A stretch of DNA of 63,808 nt, the filler included. It is 6 parts of 6 records of this genome, joined end to end, with 100 filler letters (N's around TTAATTAATTAA, not from the genome) between each part and the next. Parts side by side here need not be neighbours in the genome. Positions count along the whole stretch, not along the records: positions 8,730 to 18,543 come from SRR31156797_20651; positions 18,644 to 40,659 come from SRR31156797_20654; 4 more parts are not named here. The stretch is one strand, 5' to 3'. Shown here one piece after another: positions 10,671 to 18,644 of this stretch. Every line of letters begins with the position of its first letter. The stretch's first letter is position 1. Position numbers and translations under genes: made by a program. The notes beneath the pieces are model-generated. The model did no database searches. It was not told the DNA's origin and worked only from the letters and a program-made list of their open reading frames with translations.

Positions 10671-10860
10671 CGCATGTGCGAAATACTTGTTGGCTAATTC
10701 AGGAACCAAATCGCAATTGCGAAATGCTTCCTGAGCCGTTCAGCAATGAAATCGCAGCTGCGAAGATAGTGCTGACTTTGTCGGCAATCCATTCGCACCT
10801 ACAAAAGTCTTCCTGACTATGTTTGAAAGAAAACTGCAGTTGCGAAAAGCTTCCTGACCA
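10671..10860. repeat. Non-coding tandem array with exact 41-bp period (about 4.6 units), each unit carrying two dyads
   Basis: Units start at 10671, 10712, 10753, 10794 and 10835. Consensus CGCA-NN-TGCGA-N5-TTSCTGA-N5-TCRGSAA-N5-T. Confidence 0.9.
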
Positions 10861-10866
10861 ATGAGG

Positions 10867-11481
10867 CTAATCTTTTCTTTGCATTACCACCCAAATGTAG
10901 TTTTGCTCTGTATTAAATGGCGTAATATGTAATTCCTCAAAGCATTCTATAAGCTCAAAATAAGTATTAAAGACTGCGCAAAATTTTTCTTCAGAATATT
11001 GACTAACGGGTAAGCCGCTGCATTTATCAGGACCACTCTCCGAAAAAGTGCCTAAAATTAGATAAGCACCTTTACGTATAGTTTTGGCTGCTTTATCTAC
11101 ATATTTCAGAATATCTTTTTCCTGTGTTAGAAAATGAAATACTGCTCTATCGTGCCATATATCTAAATTTTTAAGTGAGGTGCATGTTAAGATATTGCTT
11201 TCAATGAAGTTAACATTGGCTTTTTTTACCCGCTGTTTGGTTCTTTCTAATCCATTACGCGAAATATCTAATAAGCTTATATTATGGTATTCATCTTTCA
11301 CCAGCTTTTCAATCAACCTGGAATTACCACCCCCTATATCTGCTATGGTTATGTTTTTATCTCCATTTGCATATTTAGTAATTAAGGCAAGTGAGGTGAG
11401 CGGGTCTTCCTGAAACCAACCTACTTGCCGATCTGACTTGGAACTATAAATATCTTCCCAATGTTGTTTTACATCTTTCAT
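10867..11481 (-). CDS. Class I SAM-dependent methyltransferase
   Basis: DIGGG motif I, LLDIS and WHDRAVFHFL. Start is either 11481 or 11547 (TAATG overlap with the upstream stop). Confidence 0.85.
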   Translation of the reverse strand: MKDVKQHWEDIYSSKSDRQVGWFQEDPLTSLALITKYANGDKNITIADIGGGNSRLIEKLVKDEYHNISLLDISRNGLERTKQRVKKANVNFIESNILTCTSLKNLDIWHDRAVFHFLTQEKDILKYVDKAAKTIRKGAYLILGTFSESGPDKCSGLPVSQYSEEKFCAVFNTYFELIECFEELHITPFNTEQNYIWVVMQRKD

Positions 11482-11546
11482 AATATAGACAGGTATAAGA
11501 AATATTCGCTCCAAAACTATACATAAAGCTTTGAAGCGAAACAACA

Positions 11547-11909
11547 TTATTGATGATCAACATCCTTTTTCTTTGGAGCTCTTTCGTAATGACAGCAACC
11601 GGGTAAAGCCTCGTATGTTTCATCTTTGGCTTTGTGCATGTTGGTATCATGACCTGCTTTGGCGATAGCCATATGCACCTTGTGTACATCTGTTTTTGAA
11701 GTATCCAGCTTTACTACGATCATTTTGGTTTTTTTATCCCAATCAGCTGAACTTACACCCTCAACCGAATTGGCGGCTTTTTCAATGCGCTTTTCGCACA
11801 TGCCGCAGTTACCATACACTTTGAATTTTACTGTTTTTGCTTGTCCAAACATGGCACCTACACTTATAAGCACCATTACCATTGTTAAATAAATTGCTTT
11901 TGTTTTCAT
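11547..11909 (-). CDS. Secreted heavy-metal-associated (HMA) domain protein
   Basis: Signal peptide, GNCGMC metal-binding motif and C-terminal LPGCCHY. Confidence 0.9.
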   Translation of the reverse strand: MKTKAIYLTMVMVLISVGAMFGQAKTVKFKVYGNCGMCEKRIEKAANSVEGVSSADWDKKTKMIVVKLDTSKTDVHKVHMAIAKAGHDTNMHKAKDETYEALPGCCHYERAPKKKDVDHQ

Positions 11910-11957
11910 ATTACATGTGTTTTAAATTAGTAAATGATTTGATGTTTTGTTTTTATA

Positions 11958-12039
11958 TGTTGCGGGTTACGAGTTAAAGGTTTCGGGTTACGAGTTGGCG
12001 AATTTGATATTTTAACCCGCAACACGTCAGCTCGCAACA
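11958..12039. repeat. Heptamer-repeat hairpin element 1 (GTTRCGR units, then their inverse)
   Basis: GTTGCGG GTTACGA GTTAAAG GTTTCGG GTTACGA GTTGGCG; perfect 12-bp inverted repeat at 11958-11969 and 12013-12024. Confidence 0.8.
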
Positions 12040-12046
12040 GTGTTTT

Positions 12047-13639
12047 TTACTCTCTTGTATATTGACAGCATTCGGGTAAATTATTATACACCTCATCGTC
12101 TGCTTTTTCTATTTCTGTATCGTAGCCGGCTTTGGCTATTGCTTTATGTATTTCAGACAGTTTTACCTTATCTGAATTAAAGGAAACATGAATCATTTTG
12201 GTTTCCTGACTCCAATCAGCTTCATTAACTCCGGCAAGGGCTTTAACGGCTGTTTCAATAGTTTCTTCGCACATGCCACAGTTTCCTGAAACTTTAAATG
12301 TTTTGTGTTGCAGGTTGTGCGTTGCGGGTTTTTCTTGTTGAATATTCATATTATCCATATCATGATGTTCGTGTCCTGTAGATGTTTTACCACTTTGAGT
12401 ATTCATCATACTTGATTTTCCTGCCAATTGAGCTGCTGCATCAATTTTAAATACACCATTGGTTGCTATTTCTTCACCTTCTGATAAGCCGTTGGCAACT
12501 ACATAGAAATTCCCTGCTTCTGCACCAAGAGTTATCTCACGGTAAATGAAAGAAGCTGTTTCTCGTCCCGGTACTTTTACATAAACCACAGCTCTTTTAC
12601 CTGTCCAAAGGATGGATGATTTTGGAATAAGCAACTCGTTTGTATTTTCAGCAATGTTCGATTTAAGAATTCCGCTAGCGAACATTTCTGGTTTCAATTG
12701 TTGCTTTGGATTATTTAATTCTACACGAACCTGTGCTACTCTTGTTTGCGCATCAATAAATGGGTCGATGTAGGTTACTTTACCTTTAAATGTTTCACCC
12801 GGAACTGACTGAATAGTGAAGTCGATATTATCTCCCTTCTTAACCCAGGGCAAATCACTCTCATATGCATCAAACATTACCCAAACCTTTGATAAATCAA
12901 TTACCTCAAACAAGGCTGAGCCTTCTTTTACATAGTCTCCAATGGCGACATGTCTTTTGGTTACTGTACCTGTAATGGGCGAAAGAATCTCGAAATATAT
13001 TTTGGGTTCACCATTATTCTCGATGGCATCAATTTGTTGTTCGGTCAAGTCCCATAGTTTTAATTTAGTACGAGCAGCCTTGTAAAGAGAAAGATTGGCA
13101 TCTTTGTATTTAACAGCTTCTAACAACTCTTTTTGTGCAGTAATCAATTCAGGGGAATAAATAGTACCCAACTTTTGCCCTTTACTAACCTGTTGACCTG
13201 TGTAATTGATTAACAGCTTCTCGATACGACCACCAAATCGGGCTGTTAGTTCTGAAATTCTACGTTCATCAGCTTTTACTTTACCTAATAGCTGAACGTT
13301 CTTTTCAGGTACACCATGCATTACAACTGTTGTTTGAACCGATGCCAATGCTAATGCCGATTCGGTCATTTGTATTTCATTCGGGTCAACATGCTCACCT
13401 TCTACAGAACCAGTTTCCATAGGCACTAAGTCCATAGCACAAATAGGGCATAATCCCGGTTTTTTCTGTTTGATTTGTGGGTGCATAGAGCAAGTCCAAA
13501 TTGTTTCTTCGGCTTCGGGATGTTCCTTATGGTTGTGAGCCTCTGATGATTTTGAACCTCCTAATATTGCCCAACCAAGCAGGATGCCTAGTATCAAGGT
13601 TGGTGCTATGATTTTTATGTGTTCTTTTATCTTTTTCAT
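12047..13639 (-). CDS. CusB-like RND efflux periplasmic adaptor with N-terminal metal-binding domain and C-terminal HMA domain
   Basis: WTCSMHPQI...CPICAMDL; membrane-fusion core (YSPELITAQ, LKPEMF); C-terminal GNCGMC...LPECCQY. Confidence 0.9.
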   Translation of the reverse strand: MKKIKEHIKIIAPTLILGILLGWAILGGSKSSEAHNHKEHPEAEETIWTCSMHPQIKQKKPGLCPICAMDLVPMETGSVEGEHVDPNEIQMTESALALASVQTTVVMHGVPEKNVQLLGKVKADERRISELTARFGGRIEKLLINYTGQQVSKGQKLGTIYSPELITAQKELLEAVKYKDANLSLYKAARTKLKLWDLTEQQIDAIENNGEPKIYFEILSPITGTVTKRHVAIGDYVKEGSALFEVIDLSKVWVMFDAYESDLPWVKKGDNIDFTIQSVPGETFKGKVTYIDPFIDAQTRVAQVRVELNNPKQQLKPEMFASGILKSNIAENTNELLIPKSSILWTGKRAVVYVKVPGRETASFIYREITLGAEAGNFYVVANGLSEGEEIATNGVFKIDAAAQLAGKSSMMNTQSGKTSTGHEHHDMDNMNIQQEKPATHNLQHKTFKVSGNCGMCEETIETAVKALAGVNEADWSQETKMIHVSFNSDKVKLSEIHKAIAKAGYDTEIEKADDEVYNNLPECCQYTRE

Positions 13640-13653
13640 AATATTTCCTTTTT

Positions 13654-13707
13654 GTTGCGAGTTACGGGTTTCGAGTTGGTTTTAACTCGCAACCTGCAAC
13701 TCGTAAC
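13654..13707. repeat. Heptamer-repeat hairpin element 2
   Basis: GTTGCGA GTTACGG GTTTCGA GTT-GGTTTT-AAC TCGCAAC CTGCAAC TCGTAAC. Confidence 0.8.
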
Positions 13708-13709
13708 CT

Positions 13710-14945
13710 TTATTTTCCTTGTAAATGCTCCATAAATGCCACCGCAGCTTCTCTATCAGCAATGGCCTTCTGCATTTCCAACCCATATTTTAAAAGCTTT
13801 CGTTCCATTCTTAAAATCTCCACAAAATCAATATTGTTTGTGGCGTAATTCGATTCAAGGATAGAAAGAGACTTTTGAGCCAATTCAGTTTGTTCCTGAT
13901 AAAGTGAAAATCTGCGATTAGCATCCTGATAATCTTTCCAAATACTCTCAAACAAAACGGTAAGCGTGTTTTGTTTATCCGATTTTTCAAAGCTTTTTGC
14001 TTCTTGCAGATAAATAACTTCCTGAACTTTGGCTTTATACTTTGAGCGATATAAAGGAATATTGATTCCTACTGTTGGAAAAACAAAAGCATCCTGCCCG
14101 GCATTGCTTGCAGTTGAATTACCTTCACCGATAAAAGCATATTCTAAACCAACAGAAAATTGTGGTAAACCTTCTTTTGTAGCAGACTTTTTACGGTACT
14201 CCAATCCTTCTAACTGATAGTCGAAAGAACTTAAAGCATTGTTGTTAGCCATAATGCTATCCAATTCCGTTTGTTTGGAGAGAAGAATACTTTCTGAAAG
14301 TTCGGTTGCAATTTGAATAACTGTTGCATCATCAACATTCAATAAGTTATTGAACTTCACCCTTAAAACAGTTGAATTGTCTCTTAACAAAGCCAACTGA
14401 TTTTCAAGGTCGTTGATTTCCATTTCAACCCTGTAAGCATCAACAGCCGAAGCTAATCCGGATTCTACTTTAATGTTTGCCAAATTTTTGAAAGATGACA
14501 AAATCTCGATATTCTCCAATGTAATTCCTATTGCTTTTTCTGTAAAGAACAGGTTGTAATAAGTTGCTTTTACATCATAGAATAATTTCGATTTGGATTC
14601 TTCAAACAGTTCGTATTTGGCTTTTGCCAAAGCTTCTACTGAATTTTCACGAGCAGATAAAGTACCAAACCAGGGAAACATTTGCGAAGCAGATATTTTA
14701 GCCTGCTGTGGACCCAGTCGTGTCTCTATTGGCTGTACAAAATAACCAAAAGCAACTGTCGGGTCGGGTAAAGCTCCAACTTGAGGAACTCTTTCCAATG
14801 CTGCCATATACTCATTAAACTTAACTTTTAAACCCGGATTATTTTCTGCTGCGGTTTGAAGATATTGGTTTAATACCTCCTGAGCAGAAAGTGTTCCTGA
14901 TAAGGCAATGAGTGCGATGGTCATTATTATCACTATTTTTTTCAT
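13710..14945 (-). CDS. TolC-family outer membrane efflux protein
   Basis: Signal peptide; ALPDP, SQMFPWFG and INIPLY; lies between the RND pump and the adaptor. Confidence 0.9.
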   Translation of the reverse strand: MKKIVIIMTIALIALSGTLSAQEVLNQYLQTAAENNPGLKVKFNEYMAALERVPQVGALPDPTVAFGYFVQPIETRLGPQQAKISASQMFPWFGTLSARENSVEALAKAKYELFEESKSKLFYDVKATYYNLFFTEKAIGITLENIEILSSFKNLANIKVESGLASAVDAYRVEMEINDLENQLALLRDNSTVLRVKFNNLLNVDDATVIQIATELSESILLSKQTELDSIMANNNALSSFDYQLEGLEYRKKSATKEGLPQFSVGLEYAFIGEGNSTASNAGQDAFVFPTVGINIPLYRSKYKAKVQEVIYLQEAKSFEKSDKQNTLTVLFESIWKDYQDANRRFSLYQEQTELAQKSLSILESNYATNNIDFVEILRMERKLLKYGLEMQKAIADREAAVAFMEHLQGK

Positions 14946-14949
14946 AACC

Positions 14950-17900
14950 TTATTGATTTAATGAGTTAGACATCTTTTTAACCTTTCTCTCTTGCCACAT
15001 GCTGTACAAAACAGGCACAACAAATATGGTAAGTGTGGCAATGAGCATACCTCCAACGGACGGAATTGCCATCGGAACCATTATATCTGAACCTTTACCT
15101 GTTGAAGTCAATACAGGCAATAGGGCAATAATGGTTGTTGCCGTTGTCATCATTGCCGGGCGAACCCTTTTTAATCCGGCTTCCAAAACGGTAGCTCTCA
15201 CTTCCTGAATAGATTCGGGTTCTTTTTTATCGAATAGCTGTTTAAGGTAGGTACTGATTAACACTCCGTCATCGGTAGCAATACCGAATAGGGCGATGAA
15301 GCCAACCCAAACCGCAACACTCAGATTAATGGTGTGTATCTGAAACATATCCTGAACATGAATACCGCCTATTGAGAAGTTCATAAACCAAGACTGGCCA
15401 TACAACCAAAGCATGATGAACCCGCCAGAAAAAGCAACAAAGATTCCGGTAAAGATTAAGCTTGCTGCTGTTACTGAACGGAATTGAAAATACAGAATAA
15501 GAAAGATTACTATTAGCGAAATAGGGATTACTATCATAAGCCTTTTAGTAGCCCTGATTTGATTTTCGTAATTCCCTGTGAACTTATAGTTTACACCCGA
15601 AGGAACATTAAAAACACCTTGTTTTGTTTTTTCATTCAAGTAATCCTGTGCGTTTTCAACCACGTCAACCTCTGCAAATCCCTCTTTTTTATCGAAAATT
15701 ACATAGCCAACTAAAAAGGTATTTTCGCTCTTAATCAGTTGCGCTCCACGAGTGTAAGAAATAGTAGCAAGCTCGCCCAATGGAACTTGAACGCCCGAAG
15801 GTGTTGCCACCAATATCTTTTTCAAATCTTCGGGGTTATCCCTGTATTCTCGTGCATAGCGAACCCGAACAGGGAAGCGCTCACGACCTTCAACCGTTGA
15901 TGTTAGTTTCATGCCTCCAATAGCACTACTCAAAGTCATCTGTAAATCGGCAATTGTTAAACCGTAGCGAGAAATGGCTGTTCTGTCAATATCAAGCTCT
16001 AAATACGGTTTACCCACTACACGGTCGGCAAAGACTGACATTGGTTCAACTCCCTCTACATGCTTTAAATGGTTCTCCAATTCATAACCAACCTTTTCAA
16101 TCGTTTCAAGGTCTGGTCCAAAAACTTTTATTCCCATTGGCGCACGCATACCTGTTTGCAGCATGACCAATCGTGTTTGTATAGGTTGAAGCTTTGGAGC
16201 AGAAGTTAATCCCGGAATACTTGACTGCTTTACTATCTCATCCCAAATATCACTTGGTGATGAAATGTGTTCACGCCATTGCCTAAAGTATTCACCCGAT
16301 TTATCTTCAATCAACTGCTTTCGCTCAATTACTCTGAAATCATCTGTTTGGGGATTGTAAGTTGAACTATCAGCCAACAGAAAAGAACCGTCTTTTTCTG
16401 TTTTAAATCGAATACGGTGACCATTTTCATCCAACATGTATTCCGATTTGTAATTGATAACATTCTCGTACATTGAAGTTGGAGCAGGGTCAAGAGCAGA
16501 ATTTACACGTCCCCATTTACCGATTACATTTTCAACTTCGGGAATAGCGTTCACCTTCTTATCCAACATGCGGATAACCTCTAAGTTTTCTTCGATACCC
16601 GAATGAGGCATAGTTGTTGGCATTAACAGGTATGAACCTTCATCGAGGGCAGGCATAAACTCCTTACCAATGCCTGGAAAAGTTTCACTAAATGATTGCC
16701 AAGAATCACTTTCTTTAATACTGTCAGGCATAAATGAAAAGACCTTATTAGCACCCTGCCAACTTAATAAGCCAAATAGTATTACAATAATTGGAATGCT
16801 TAAAAATTGCCATTTATTAGCCAAAGCCCAGGTTAATATCCTTGGATAAACCCGAACAACCAATAGCATTGCTGCTAAAATCACTCCAATTAATATTCCT
16901 GAAAAAATCAGATTTGAGGCATCGCTGTTTTGTGCGCCTAATGGCATCCATTCCTTGGTTAGCAGCCAAACGACAATTAAAGCTACTATGCCAATATTAA
17001 TATAGTTAGGGAACTCTTTACGAGCTTCACTCCATTTAAAATCTAAAAGGTTATTTACTCCAATTCCAACAATTGCGATTGCAATAAATACTTTTCCAAA
17101 GAATAGGAAGCTGATACCAAGTAATACTAAAATTCCATTTAGTATCTGTTTGGTTTTTTTCTTGTCAATTTTAATTGAGAAAATGATATGCGCCAATGCC
17201 GGAATGATTACCAACCCAATTATTAGTGCTGAAATCATGGCAAAGGTTTTTGTAAATGCCAATGGTCTAAAAAGCTTTCCTTCCGCTGCTTGCATGGCAA
17301 ATACAGGCAAGAAACTAACAATAGTTGTTGTTAAAGCTGTAATTACCGCAGGAGCAACTTCAACTGTTGCTTCATAAATTACATTAAGTAGTTTTTTACT
17401 CTTGTTTTCAATGAGTTCGATGTGCCGTATTATATTTTCTGTGAAGACGACCCCCACATCAACCATTACACCAATTGCAATGGCAATACCCGAAAGAGCT
17501 ACGATATTGGCATCTACACCAAATCTGCGCATGGCTATAAAGGTCATTAGAACGCCAATTGGCAATAAGCTTGATATTAGAAATGATGCACGAAGATTAA
17601 GTACCAGGATAATGATTACAATGATACTGATTAGCACTTCCAACGTTAATGCTTCTTCGAGTGTGCCAAGGGTTTCTTTAATTAAACCTGTTCGATCGTA
17701 AAACGGAACAATGGTCACTTTAGAAACGGTTCCATCATCTAAAATTTTAGATGGTAATCCCGACGATATTTCTTCAATTTTATCTTTTACATTATTAATA
17801 ACCTCCAAGGGGTTTGCACCATATCTGGCTACAACCACACCACCAACAGCTTCCGCACCGCCTTTGTCTAAACCACCTCTACGGGTAGCTGGCCCAAAGC

Positions 17901-18543
17901 TCACATTAGCCACATCTTTGATACGAATTGGAATGTTGTTTTTAACGCTCACAACACTCATCTCAATATCTTCAAGACTTTTGATGTAACCTAATGCACG
18001 AATTAAATACTCAGCACGGTTAAATTCAATGGTTCTTGCGCCTATATCAAGATTGCTCTTTTTAACGGCATTCATAATTTGAGTAACCGTAACCCCGTGA
18101 GCTTTCATGGCATTGGGGTCAATGTCAACCTGATATTCTTTAACAAATCCTCCAATTGAAGCAACCTCAGAAACACCTTTGGCAGAAGTTAATCCATACT
18201 TTACATAGAAGTCTTGAATGGTTCTTAGTTCGTGGGGATCCCATCCGCCATTTGGATGGCCTTTTTTGTCCCGACCTTCGAGTGTGTACCAATAAATCTG
18301 ACCAAGAGCAGTCGCATCTGGTCCTAATGATGGTGTTACACCTTCGGGCAATGTTCCACTTGGAAGGGAATTGAGCTTTTCTAAAATTCGTGTTCTACTC
18401 CAATAAAACTCCACATCTTCATCAAAAATGATGTAGATGCTTGATAATCCAAAAATGGAGTTGCTACGAATGGTTTGAACACCGGGAATCCCTAATAAAG
18501 CTGTTGTTAAAGGATAGGAAATCTGGTCTTCAATATCTTGTGG
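14950..18543 (-). CDS. CusA/CzcA-family heavy-metal RND efflux permease (5' partial)
   Basis: Frame is open to the contig edge. LGPDATALG, AIGVMVD, EGKLFRPLAFTKT, RVRPAMMT and MVPMAIP motifs. Confidence 0.93.
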   Translation of the reverse strand, partial: PQDIEDQISYPLTTALLGIPGVQTIRSNSIFGLSSIYIIFDEDVEFYWSRTRILEKLNSLPSGTLPEGVTPSLGPDATALGQIYWYTLEGRDKKGHPNGGWDPHELRTIQDFYVKYGLTSAKGVSEVASIGGFVKEYQVDIDPNAMKAHGVTVTQIMNAVKKSNLDIGARTIEFNRAEYLIRALGYIKSLEDIEMSVVSVKNNIPIRIKDVANVSFGPATRRGGLDKGGAEAVGGVVVARYGANPLEVINNVKDKIEEISSGLPSKILDDGTVSKVTIVPFYDRTGLIKETLGTLEEALTLEVLISIIVIIILVLNLRASFLISSLLPIGVLMTFIAMRRFGVDANIVALSGIAIAIGVMVDVGVVFTENIIRHIELIENKSKKLLNVIYEATVEVAPAVITALTTTIVSFLPVFAMQAAEGKLFRPLAFTKTFAMISALIIGLVIIPALAHIIFSIKIDKKKTKQILNGILVLLGISFLFFGKVFIAIAIVGIGVNNLLDFKWSEARKEFPNYINIGIVALIVVWLLTKEWMPLGAQNSDASNLIFSGILIGVILAAMLLVVRVYPRILTWALANKWQFLSIPIIVILFGLLSWQGANKVFSFMPDSIKESDSWQSFSETFPGIGKEFMPALDEGSYLLMPTTMPHSGIEENLEVIRMLDKKVNAIPEVENVIGKWGRVNSALDPAPTSMYENVINYKSEYMLDENGHRIRFKTEKDGSFLLADSSTYNPQTDDFRVIERKQLIEDKSGEYFRQWREHISSPSDIWDEIVKQSSIPGLTSAPKLQPIQTRLVMLQTGMRAPMGIKVFGPDLETIEKVGYELENHLKHVEGVEPMSVFADRVVGKPYLELDIDRTAISRYGLTIADLQMTLSSAIGGMKLTSTVEGRERFPVRVRYAREYRDNPEDLKKILVATPSGVQVPLGELATISYTRGAQLIKSENTFLVGYVIFDKKEGFAEVDVVENAQDYLNEKTKQGVFNVPSGVNYKFTGNYENQIRATKRLMIVIPISLIVIFLILYFQFRSVTAASLIFTGIFVAFSGGFIMLWLYGQSWFMNFSIGGIHVQDMFQIHTINLSVAVWVGFIALFGIATDDGVLISTYLKQLFDKKEPESIQEVRATVLEAGLKRVRPAMMTTATTIIALLPVLTSTGKGSDIMVPMAIPSVGGMLIATLTIFVVPVLYSMWQERKVKKMSNSLNQ

Positions 18544-18643
18544 NNNNNNNNNNNNNNNNNNNNNNNNNNNNNNNNNNNNNNNNNNNNTTAATTAATTAAN
18601 NNNNNNNNNNNNNNNNNNNNNNNNNNNNNNNNNNNNNNNNNNN
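18544..18643. other. Artificial contig linker 2
   Basis: Same 100-bp N/TTAATTAATTAA/N linker. Confidence 0.99.
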
Positions 18644-18644
18644 G

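Noticed and set aside
10671-10860. Calling the 41-bp array a CRISPR array
   Set aside because: Conserved blocks are short and degenerate, variable stretches are only 2-5 nt rather than 25-45-nt spacers, and no cas gene is on the contig.
10671-10860. Array as a repetitive protein or as CRP-S sites
   Set aside because: A period of 41 breaks the reading frame and the ORF track shows nothing here. The dyad is TCGCA-N2-TGCGA, the opposite arrangement to CRP-S.
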